NCBI GenBank assembly: GCA_963702205.1
Contig: OY969724.1
Coordinates: forward strand, 128,001-192,000
DNA length: 64,000 nucleotides
Origin: an uncultured candidate division Zixibacteria bacterium
Lineage (GTDB): Bacteria > Zixibacteria > MSB-5A5 > GN15 > PGXB01
Reading direction: 5' to 3'
The notes under the pieces: model-generated
Database searches by the model: none
What the model was told of the DNA's origin: nothing
Seen by the model: the letters and a program-made list of their open reading frames with translations, nothing else
Position numbers and translations under genes: made by a program
In this document: piece by piece, positions 41,255 to 50,277 of the stretch
Position numbering within the stretch: the first letter of the stretch is position 1
Layout: the number at the start of each line of letters is the position of its first letter

Positions 41255-43116
41255 TCATCTCCTTGAAAGGCGCTCCTGGATTTGGGCCTGGACGTTGTCC
41301 CCGATCTGGTCGATCTGTTCCAGAACCTCCTCCAGCCGCTCCAGCGGGATTTCGCCGCGGGTTCCGCCGTCCGCTTCGAGCTGCTCGTTGACAGCTCCAT
41401 TAACGATCATGATGACCGCCGCGTAGTTGTTGGCGCTTCGCAGCTCGGGGTAGGCCATCACGATGTTGCGGCCATTGATGGACGCGCCAAGGGCGTTCAG
41501 AATCCGGCTGGCCAGGGCCCGGGAGCGTTCGTTGAGCCTTCGGCGGGCCTCCTGACGACGACGCTGGGGCGTGACCGGTATCTCCCGTGGCTCCATGCTC
41601 TCGCGGGTCCGAGCCTGGATGAGGCGCTGGCGGAGGTTTTCGCGGGAAAGTCCAAGGGCCTCGGGGTCGAGACCGCGTCTCCGGAACTCCTGGACGAGGT
41701 CGTCGATCACGGCGTCATCCATCGGATCGAGGTATGCCTGCTCGATGAAGTGGCTGATGATCTCGTTTTGAACAACCATGTCCGGTGTCAGGCGTCTTCG
41801 GCGGCCCGGCTCATCGGCCGGAGGACGCTCGTCACCCGCTTCAAGCCAGCCTTGGATAAGGTTCCTGGTCCTCCTGATCGATCCGCCGGAAATCATCCCA
41901 ATGGCGGTCGATGTTCAACCCCACATGGGAAACCGCCACGCCCCGGTTGTCCGGGTGTTGAGGATTGTTCTGGTGGATCACCCGCATGACCCTTCCGATG
42001 AATTGGACATAGGGCGACAGCGAGCGGAAGGGCTGGAAGATCGCGGCCACGCTCAGGTTGGGGTGGTCAAACCCCTCGCCAAGCATGCGCACCTGGACGA
42101 TGCAATCGATCCGGCCGCGCCGGAGGTCCTGGAGCACGTCCTCAATCTCGTCCGCCGGCATGTTGCTGTGGATTTCACGCGCCTGCAGGCCGCGCTCCGC
42201 GTAAAGGGAACGCACCTGGCGTGAGTGGTCCACCGAACAGGCAACGGCGATCATTTGATGAAAGGTCCCGGTTTCCCGGAGATGCTGAAGCCACTGGATG
42301 CTGGCGTCAACGATTGACCGGTTGCACTCGGGCGCGAGAGCCACGCCCCGACTGAACCATTCCTCGTCCCGGAGTTGAAGGACCTCCTCGAGGGTGTGCT
42401 GCCTGGCATCCCCGCGATAGGTGAAGGAGATCTCCTGGGGCGCGACGTTCACGGCGGTGATCTGCTTGATGTACCCACGCACCATTGCGGTCCGGAACGG
42501 ATAGGCATAGACCCGCTCGCCGGCAATCTCGCGTCCGTCGCCTCTGAACGGCGTGGCGGTCAGGCTGACGACCTTGGCGTTCGGAAACCGCTCAAAGACC
42601 CGCTCCCAGCTTCTGGCCACGTTGTGATGCCCCTCGTCCACCAAGATCAGGTCAAAGAAATCATTCGGGAAAGGCGGGAAGCCATCGGTCCGCCCGGCTG
42701 GCCAGTTGCTGGATGTTGGTGACGACGATATGCGAGTTCTCGCAGTCGTGGATGTTCGCGTCCTGGCCATCCAGAACGGCCGTGAAGGGACCATGACTCA
42801 CGTCGGTCAACACGCGCGTGGAAGTCCAGAAGCACTCGCGCCCAGCGACGTCGAAGGCGGTGGATATGCCCCGACGAATCTCAAGGTTCGGAGCAATCAC
42901 CAGCACCCGCCCTTGGGCGGTCTCAAAAGGCAGCAGGGCCATGAGGCCGGTCTTGCCGCAGCCCACCGGAATCTGGAGGATGGCGTGATCTGTGCTGTTT
43001 CGGAAGTGCTGGCGCGTTCGGAACCACCCCTCGACCTGGGGATCACGCAGGTCGGGGTTACCCTGAATGAACGCTCGGGTATCGTTGAAAAACCGTGCTA
43101 TTTCTTCATTTGTCAT
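41255..43116 (-). CDS. SF2 (ResIII-like) DExH helicase with helical C-terminal extension (two +1 frameshifts near 42670 and 41860)
   Basis: LRDPQ, PVGCGKT, DEGHH, LTATPFRGD, MLGEGFDHP and QFIGRVMR; start overlaps the hsdR end. Confidence 0.85.
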
Positions 43117-46100
43117 TTGCGGCTTCGGCCTCCTCCCGGATCTTCTCGTAGACATCCTTGAGGAGATGTTGGCTGACAGCCTCGCGGAATTGATCCTCGT
43201 TCATGAATTTTGCTGTGATCTCCTCGTTCTGCTCCATGCGGTCGATAAAAAGGCCCTCCAAGGCTTTGCGGAAGACGTAGCCGAAGTTCTCCATCGTGTT
43301 GGCGAGCGCGGCTTGACGGAGGCTGCTGTCGGCCACGGCGTCCTCGCGTATCGATTCGAAAAACAATTGGTCACCCGGCTTGAACTCCATTCCGAACCGC
43401 TCGTTGAGAAGGTCGATGAGCTTGGACAGCTCGATCTCATCACCTCGAGCGACGCCGGTGCCCACAGACGTCGGCCCCGATACCTCGTATCGGGCTCCCG
43501 GCTCCATGACGATGGAGCCCTCACCGATCTTCTGCAAACGGTAAAACTTGAGCGCCACGTCATCATCAAAGTTGTAGATCGGTCCCCGGTTATCTCTCGG
43601 CAGTTTGGTAAGCAGAAACCGGACGTATGAGTACAGCTTTTCCAAATCGGAGTCCTGGAAGGGGATCACCTGCGACATGAAAGAATAAAGGTTTCTGAAA
43701 GCGACCAGCGTCTTCCGGAACTCCTCCCGGACCTCTTCCTCAAGTCCGTTGTAACGATTCACGGCCGGATCAATGCATGCGTTCATCCTGGCGTGGTCGG
43801 CGGGTGTTTGATTCTGTCGCGGTTTGTAGAATACCTTGCAGAACTCCTCGACCTCGGCCTTGTAGTAGACCTGGTGTCCGTCCAATTTGGCCTGAAGCTC
43901 GTAAAGCTGCTTCGGCTCCGCCCTTTCGCCGATGATCGTTTGCTCGTAGTAGGGCTGGAAGGCCTTCAGTATCTCTTCGGGTTCGTTGACGAAGTCGAGA
44001 ACAAAGGTATCTTCCTTGCCCGGATGGGTGCGGTTAAGCCGTGAGAGGGTTTGGACCGCCTGGATTCCTGCGAGCCTTTTGTCCACGTACATGGTGTGAA
44101 GAAGCGGCTGGTCGAATCCGGTCTGGTATTTCTCCGCCACGAGCAACACCTGGTACTCTTCCGTCCCGAAGCGTTCCGGGAGTTCCTTTTCCCGGATGCC
44201 TTTGTTCATACCGACTTCCGTATACTCCACGCCGGGCGCATCCGGATCGATCACCGTGCCGGAGAAGGCAACCAGCGTCTTGATTCCCGTGTACCCCTTC
44301 TCGGCGATGTACTTATCGAATGCCTGCTTGTACTTCACCGCGTGCAATCGGCTGGATGTGACCACCATCGCCTTGGCCTTTCCACCGATCTTGTGCATGG
44401 TGAAATGGCGGAAATGCTCGACCATGACCTCAGTCTTCTGGGCGATGTTGTGGGGGTGAAGACTCATGAAGCGGGCGAGCGCCCTTGCTGCCTTGCGTTT
44501 GTCCACCTTGGGATCGTCTTCGATGGACTTGATCAGCCGGTAATACGTCTTGTACGTCGTGTAATTTTGGAGCACGTCGAGGATGAAACCCTCGTCGATG
44601 GCCTGACGCATGCTGTAGAGATGAAAGGGTTGCGGCTTGCCATCCGCGCCGGGCGTACCGAAAACCTCCAGCGTCTTGTACTTGGGTGTCGCGGTGAAGG
44701 CGAAGAAGCTGATATTGGGCTGGTGGCCGCGCTTGGCCATGGTCTTGAGGATTTCCTCTTCATAATCGGGCAGCCCTTCCTCCTCGGCCTTCGCCCTGGC
44801 CTCTTCCTTGATCGCCGCTCCGGCGAGCACACCCTTAAGTTCGGTCGCCGTCTCGCCGCCCTGCGAACTGTGCGCCTCATCAACCACCACCGCGTACCGG
44901 CGCATGGGCAAATCGCCCATCTTCTCGGTGACAAAGGGGAACTTCTGGAGCGTGGTGATCACGACCGGCACACCAGACCCGAGGGCCTCGGCCAACTGGG
45001 TCGAGTTGATGTCGATCTTCTGGACCACGCCCTGCTTGTGCTCGAACTGATAGATGGTGTTCTGGAGCTGCTGGTCGAGGACTACCCGGTCGGTAACCAC
45101 GATGATCGAGTCGAAGACCTTTTCGTCCTTTTCGGTGTAGAGGCTGGCGAGCCGATGAGCCAGCCAGGCGATGGAGTTGGACTTGCCGCTGCCGGCTGAG
45201 TGCTGGACAAGGTAATTGGTCCCGGCCCCCCGCACGCGGGCGTCGGCCACGAGCTTCCTTACGCAATCGAGCTGGTGATAGCGTGGGAAAATCATCGCCT
45301 CCCGTTTCACCTTCCTGCCGCCGAGCTGCTTCTCCTCGACCTGGAGATGAATGAACCTCGCCAGGATGTCGAGAAAGCTGTGCCGCTCCAGGACCTCTTC
45401 CCATAGGTAGGCGGTTTTGTAGCCGCCGGGATTCTCCGGGTTTCCTGCGCCGCCTCTGCAGCCCTTGTTGAAGGGCAGAAAATAGGTGCTGCGGCCGGAC
45501 AGTCGCGTGGCCATGTAAACTTCGTCTGTGTCCACGGCGAAATGGACCAGCGTGCGCTTCTTGAACTGGAAGATCGGGTCCGCCGGGTCGCGGTCATTTT
45601 TGTATTGGGTGATCGCATGCCGCCAGGTCTGGGCGGTCATGGGGTTCTTGAGCTCCAGCGTGGATACGGGTATGCCATTCAAGGCCAAGGTCACATCGAG
45701 GGTGTTGCCGTGCTTGGCCGAATAGCGAAGCTGACGGGTCACCGTGAGTCGATTGGCCGCATAGAGCTTCTGAGTATCCGGGTTCATTCCGCTCGCTGGG
45801 GCGAAGTAGGCCACGCGAAACAGCTTTCCAAAGCATTTGAATCCGTGTCGCAGGACGGAGAGACACCCCTCGTGGTCGGAATTGAGCGCCCGGCAGAGGT
45901 CGTCCAACAGCGTGTCTTCGGCCTTATCCTTTTGGAGGTTGGCAAGGTACTCCCATTCCTTGGGCTGGGTCTTCTGGATGAAGGCAATCACGTCGGCGGG
46001 GAATAGGCCGCGCTCCGAATCGAAGGTCTCTCGGTCGCCTTTCTCATAGCCACCTGCCGTGGTCAGGTGTTGTTCGATGGCGGTTTCGAATGCTATCTCT

Positions 46101-46117
46101 TTGTGGTCTACGGGCAT
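43106..46117 (-). CDS. hsdR: Type I restriction enzyme R subunit
   Basis: D...LNGIP..LELKN, QHSAGSGKS, DEAH, FTATPK, KYQTGFDQP and QTLSRLNR; likely start MPVDHKE. Confidence 0.95.
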   Translation of the reverse strand: MPVDHKEIAFETAIEQHLTTAGGYEKGDRETFDSERGLFPADVIAFIQKTQPKEWEYLANLQKDKAEDTLLDDLCRALNSDHEGCLSVLRHGFKCFGKLFRVAYFAPASGMNPDTQKLYAANRLTVTRQLRYSAKHGNTLDVTLALNGIPVSTLELKNPMTAQTWRHAITQYKNDRDPADPIFQFKKRTLVHFAVDTDEVYMATRLSGRSTYFLPFNKGCRGGAGNPENPGGYKTAYLWEEVLERHSFLDILARFIHLQVEEKQLGGRKVKREAMIFPRYHQLDCVRKLVADARVRGAGTNYLVQHSAGSGKSNSIAWLAHRLASLYTEKDEKVFDSIIVVTDRVVLDQQLQNTIYQFEHKQGVVQKIDINSTQLAEALGSGVPVVITTLQKFPFVTEKMGDLPMRRYAVVVDEAHSSQGGETATELKGVLAGAAIKEEARAKAEEEGLPDYEEEILKTMAKRGHQPNISFFAFTATPKYKTLEVFGTPGADGKPQPFHLYSMRQAIDEGFILDVLQNYTTYKTYYRLIKSIEDDPKVDKRKAARALARFMSLHPHNIAQKTEVMVEHFRHFTMHKIGGKAKAMVVTSSRLHAVKYKQAFDKYIAEKGYTGIKTLVAFSGTVIDPDAPGVEYTEVGMNKGIREKELPERFGTEEYQVLLVAEKYQTGFDQPLLHTMYVDKRLAGIQAVQTLSRLNRTHPGKEDTFVLDFVNEPEEILKAFQPYYEQTIIGERAEPKQLYELQAKLDGHQVYYKAEVEEFCKVFYKPRQNQTPADHARMNACIDPAVNRYNGLEEEVREEFRKTLVAFRNLYSFMSQVIPFQDSDLEKLYSYVRFLLTKLPRDNRGPIYNFDDDVALKFYRLQKIGEGSIVMEPGARYEVSGPTSVGTGVARGDEIELSKLIDLLNERFGMEFKPGDQLFFESIREDAVADSSLRQAALANTMENFGYVFRKALEGLFIDRMEQNEEITAKFMNEDQFREAVSQHLLKDVYEKIREEAEAANDK

Positions 46118-46136
46118 AAAGGTTCTCCGTTCACTC

Positions 46137-46778
46137 TCAAAGCTCCACGACCGCAGCCACAACCTTGTAGCAGGTAGGCGGTCGTTCATCCGGGTTGTGC
46201 GTCCAGGGCTTGGCCATGCTTACCGTGAGAAGGCATTCTTTGCTGATCTTTTCGCCGGCCTCGAGGCGACGGGTGATTAGCGGGTCGGTGATCTTAAGCG
46301 AGTAGTGGTTGCCATCTGCGTCCTGGAAATCTGCTACCCAACGGTTGGGGTCGTAATAGTGTCGCCCAAACGCCAGCCTCCTGGGTCTGACGAGTTGTAG
46401 TGATTTCCATTCAGATGGTGCTTTGGCCTCAAGGACCGAAGTAGCTACTCGATCATTTGGTGAATGGAGAATTGGCGAAAGATCTTCGATGAACTGATCC
46501 AGGGCACTCGCCTTAAGGCGGCGTTTGACTTGCCAGTCCCAATTACGAATGGTCTGGTTCTCACACTGAAACTGTGCGATGGTTCGTGGCTGGATCAGGT
46601 CGCATTCCAAGATATCCCTAATCGACAGCATCCTCCCGTTGACAACGCATCTAACTGTGGGGATACCATCGCCTGTCTTGGTGACCGGGCGGACCCATTG
46701 CCTTGTGTCCAAATCAATGCCCGCCAGACACATTCCATCAGGCCGTTTCGAATTAGCTAAGATTGCAATCCGTGCCAT
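46137..46778 (-). CDS. Dual OB-fold domain protein
   Basis: ILANSKR..G.CLAG......WVRPV, HQ/FQ-x-EN-like FQCEN, SLQLV, LKITDP, LTVSMAKPW and CYKVVAAV. Confidence 0.78.
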   Translation of the reverse strand: MARIAILANSKRPDGMCLAGIDLDTRQWVRPVTKTGDGIPTVRCVVNGRMLSIRDILECDLIQPRTIAQFQCENQTIRNWDWQVKRRLKASALDQFIEDLSPILHSPNDRVATSVLEAKAPSEWKSLQLVRPRRLAFGRHYYDPNRWVADFQDADGNHYSLKITDPLITRRLEAGEKISKECLLTVSMAKPWTHNPDERPPTCYKVVAAVVEL

Positions 46779-46789
46779 AGTTCACCCCG

Positions 46790-47263
46790 TCATAGATGTT
46801 TAATCACCACGTTGCCCCATTTGCGGCGTAGGTGCTCGGCAACAAGTCGTCGATGGCAATTCTCCGGTGTCGCCTCGCTGCACAGCAAGCACGCCTGGTC
46901 GAACTCATCCGGCAGGTGGTGCGTCTCGGGCGAGCGCTGCTCCATCAGCGCGTGAAAGCGCCGTTCGTACTCGGCCCAGTCCATCTCCTTCTGTTTCTTG
47001 AAGCTGTCGAGGATGTCTTTCGTCGGGGCCAGATCGTCGAAGTGGGCATAATCGATGTCCGCGATCACGCGCAGGAAGTACTCCAGGTCCTTCCTTTTCG
47101 TGAACCCGGCTAACTGCGAAACGTTGTTCAGTCGCACATCGATCATCCGCTTCACGCCGACCTTCTGGAGCTTCTCGAAGAACTCCTGGGCCGTCTTGCC
47201 CGCGAAGCCGATCGTGAAGATCGTTATGGGCTTGGCGTCCGTGCTGCTATTCGGTTCGTTCAT
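46790..47263 (-). CDS. DUF488 family protein (short form)
   Basis: IFTIGF, IDVRLNNVSQLAGF, LAPT and CLLCSE...CHRRLVAE. Confidence 0.9.
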   Translation of the reverse strand: MNEPNSSTDAKPITIFTIGFAGKTAQEFFEKLQKVGVKRMIDVRLNNVSQLAGFTKRKDLEYFLRVIADIDYAHFDDLAPTKDILDSFKKQKEMDWAEYERRFHALMEQRSPETHHLPDEFDQACLLCSEATPENCHRRLVAEHLRRKWGNVVIKHL

Positions 47264-47870
47264 TCGAGGCTCCTTCTGTATTCATGCGATACGCGATCTG
47301 CTTTCCGCATTCTTTGTAAGCACGTTCGATCAGGTCTTCTTCCTTGACGTCCTGTTGGAATAGGTCGGGGGCGATCCTCATCATCTTCATCAATCGTTTC
47401 TCGGCGTCGGCATGCTCTTCCAGCGTCCCGTCGGCCAGGATGTGCCGGATGTGTAAGCCATGGGGCCGGAGGTGTCGGCACACCAGCACCGTGCGGTGGC
47501 AATTCAGCGGCTCTTTCTCGGCACACATCAGGGCAATCGTGAAACGCTTCGCGCCATTGATGAGCCGTTCGATCCCCTCGTGGAACAACGGCAACTGTGC
47601 CACCCGCTCATACACCGCTTGGCCGTCGATGTAGCATTCCGGCTCGTCGCGCCTTGCTCCCAGTTCCCGACCGAGAGGCACGTACTGGATGCCCTCGCGT
47701 TTGAGAGCGGCGGACAGTGCGTCGCGGTTGTATTCTGGCAGGCGGCTGAACGGCTGCGACCGTACATCGGCGATGGCCGTCACTCCGTGCTGCTTCAGCA
47801 GACCGATAAATGCCTCCAATTTGTGCGTGGAGTGCCCGACGGTGAAGATGTCTCGACCCGCGACGCTCAT
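47247..47870 (-). CDS. DUF488 family protein (long form)
   Basis: IFTVGHSTH, ADVRSQPFSR, ELGAR and LMCAEKEPLNCHR; ATGA overlap with the hsdS stop. Confidence 0.9.
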   Translation of the reverse strand: MSVAGRDIFTVGHSTHKLEAFIGLLKQHGVTAIADVRSQPFSRLPEYNRDALSAALKREGIQYVPLGRELGARRDEPECYIDGQAVYERVAQLPLFHEGIERLINGAKRFTIALMCAEKEPLNCHRTVLVCRHLRPHGLHIRHILADGTLEEHADAEKRLMKMMRIAPDLFQQDVKEEDLIERAYKECGKQIAYRMNTEGASNERTE

Positions 47871-49189
47871 TTGACCTCCCCTCGCACGTCGATTTTGCCT
47901 GTCACCGCTGCTGAAATGAGAGCTGAACGGTATTCTTTGAGGCCCTGGATCGATTGTCGTACTTTGTCGGTCATGTTGTTCAGTTTTTGCCACATGGAAT
48001 CGAGATAGCTGACAACCCGCTTTTGTTCCTCAAAGGGGGGCACGGGAACAATTAGATTAGCGTATTTTTCCGCGCTTACGTTTTGGATCGTCGCCTGAAT
48101 AAACGATGCACTCAGCCATTGCCAATACTGCTGAGAGTTTGTGAAATAATTGATAAAACGCGGCATCGTTTTTGTCGGATTAAATCTCGCTCGAATTAAA
48201 TAACCGGCATATGCAGCACGTCCCCATGACGGCTCATAGTAGAAGCTTTTGCCAACCGTGGCCCCACTACGGGCAAGTAGAAGATCTCCTTCTTTCAACA
48301 GATATGGACGAGCGACATCTTCCGGGATCGACTTGAAAGTCTCGTCACGCAACCGCCCATTTTCATCAACGTCCGTAATCCGGATGTATCGGGGAAGCTC
48401 AGGATCATCGAGTTCCGCCGCCTCGTTAGCGCCATATTTAAGTGGTTCTGAGACCAAAAACTTAAAGCGCTTAACCTCCCAATGCTTCGGAATCTCGCCC
48501 AGCCATTCAATGCGGGAATCTTTCATCTTGGCATTGGGGTCGAGCCCCTTGGCAACTGCATGGCTGATCAGGGAGGATCGCTTCTCCTGAAGCAACTTGA
48601 TCTGTCGCTGCTTTTTTTCAATCAGCGTATCTATTCGCGCCGTCTCCCGGTCAAGAAATGCTGAAATGGCCTGTTGCTCCTTGATTGGCGGTATGGTTAC
48701 TCCAATGTTACCTATCTCGGGAGCATTAATCGCCGGGTAGCTCACGCCTGTTGACCGCGAAACAATAGTATCGATAAAGAATGGAGAGCGTAGCGCATAG
48801 GATAGATAGCCGGGATCGATTGTCCTTGGCCGAACCACGGCAAATCCGGTTGAGACGATCAAGTTATCATCTGGGCTGCGAATTGCAGCGATGGCCCGAA
48901 GATAGGTGCGGACAGTCGACACAATCGTGTCACCCTCTCGAACAATACGTCTTGCACGTGAAGGGGCATCCTCAAACCGGTAGACCTCTGTTGCCACGAT
49001 GCCCTTGACAGCATCGACACTGCCGATATCCACGTAGGTGAACTCGAATTCCGGGTTTGTCGATTCCGAAAGTGCCTCGTCGTTAATCGAGGCTGCATAC
49101 TTCATACGACGAACATCCCAGTGCTCGGGAATGTCGCCTACCCAATCCATCCCCGAGCATCTATAAGCTGGGTAGGTTTGCCTGCTCAT
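47867..49189 (-). CDS. hsdS: Type I RM specificity subunit
   Basis: Two TRDs with conserved repeats (W.G.IP.HW, PP..EQ..I..LD, LIS.AV.G). Confidence 0.95.
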   Translation of the reverse strand: MSRQTYPAYRCSGMDWVGDIPEHWDVRRMKYAASINDEALSESTNPEFEFTYVDIGSVDAVKGIVATEVYRFEDAPSRARRIVREGDTIVSTVRTYLRAIAAIRSPDDNLIVSTGFAVVRPRTIDPGYLSYALRSPFFIDTIVSRSTGVSYPAINAPEIGNIGVTIPPIKEQQAISAFLDRETARIDTLIEKKQRQIKLLQEKRSSLISHAVAKGLDPNAKMKDSRIEWLGEIPKHWEVKRFKFLVSEPLKYGANEAAELDDPELPRYIRITDVDENGRLRDETFKSIPEDVARPYLLKEGDLLLARSGATVGKSFYYEPSWGRAAYAGYLIRARFNPTKTMPRFINYFTNSQQYWQWLSASFIQATIQNVSAEKYANLIVPVPPFEEQKRVVSYLDSMWQKLNNMTDKVRQSIQGLKEYRSALISAAVTGKIDVRGEVK

Positions 49190-50268
49190 ACGACGCCCCC
49201 TCCACTTGTGGTCATGAGTGTCTCCGGTTCGCTCAGGTGGAACTCGACCTGGTATCGGCGAAGCTCGACATTTTGAAGGGTGCTTAGCGCATATCGAAGC
49301 GCGTTATCTGCGTCGTGGCAGATGATCATTCCGTGGACCTGTTCACCGTCTTCGGCGAGGTGACGTTTCACCCAGCCGATGTACCGCAAAAGCTGCCCTA
49401 CGGTCTGGTCACTGGTTTGATTGCGCTTGAGCTCCACGACAAGCCAGCGCGGCTCATTACGGTGTTTCGCCAGAAGGTCGATGCGACCCACGTCGCAGGG
49501 ATACTCGTACCCGGCCTCTTCATCGCCGGGTTCTTGGTAAAGGACCCAATCCCGGCCGAGTTCCACATGGTTCCAGTTGTCGCGCAGAAACTCGTGTAGA
49601 TGTCGCTCCAAGCCAAACCGTTGTTCGCATTCTGTGGACATGTCAATAGCCGCAGTTTCCCCGGTTTCGACAGGCGGCAGATCGCCTGTTTGCTTTTGAT
49701 CCAGGTACCACCACAGTGCATCTAATGTCCAAAGATCGATCTGGAGGGCGTCTCGAAGCTGAAGCAGGACTTGATTTACCTTGACGTACCGACTGCCGAA
49801 GGATTCGCCCCGGTCGAAATTCGGCCAAATACCGAGCCGTTTCATATTGGCTTCAGAGCGGTTGTTCCACACACCGTATTGGTCTGGGTGCGTAACCAAG
49901 AGAATGGCGCTGGCCACGTTCTTGCCCATGCCCGGAACCATTTCGGGCCCCTGGTCCAGACGGTCAGCCACCGATTGAGTCTCTTCGGCAAGAATCGCGA
50001 GCGCCTCGCGCAGCTTATCCATATCGGCACACATGCGTGTGCTCTGACGGTGAAGTCCGCTCCAGTGATGGTTATTCTCAAGCAAAAGAAAGGTGCGGAA
50101 CTCGTCAGCGGTGATTTCTGAGACATGTCCCGGCGAAAAAACAGGTTGAAACCTTGCCAGAACGGCATCCCTTGGTTCTACGATCTCCTTATGGATAGGC
50201 GTGCCCTTGAGGCCCGTAGCAGCCTCGCGTAGCTTCCCGATCACGTCTGCAGAAACTGTTTCAGCCAT
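49186..50268 (-). CDS. NucS/DUF91-like PD-(D/E)xK endonuclease with helical N-terminal domain
   Basis: LERHLHEFL, EYPCDVGRIDLLA, VVELKR and VGQLLRY.GW. Confidence 0.8.
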   Translation of the reverse strand: MAETVSADVIGKLREAATGLKGTPIHKEIVEPRDAVLARFQPVFSPGHVSEITADEFRTFLLLENNHHWSGLHRQSTRMCADMDKLREALAILAEETQSVADRLDQGPEMVPGMGKNVASAILLVTHPDQYGVWNNRSEANMKRLGIWPNFDRGESFGSRYVKVNQVLLQLRDALQIDLWTLDALWWYLDQKQTGDLPPVETGETAAIDMSTECEQRFGLERHLHEFLRDNWNHVELGRDWVLYQEPGDEEAGYEYPCDVGRIDLLAKHRNEPRWLVVELKRNQTSDQTVGQLLRYIGWVKRHLAEDGEQVHGMIICHDADNALRYALSTLQNVELRRYQVEFHLSEPETLMTTSGGGVV

Positions 50269-50277
50269 TTTTATACC

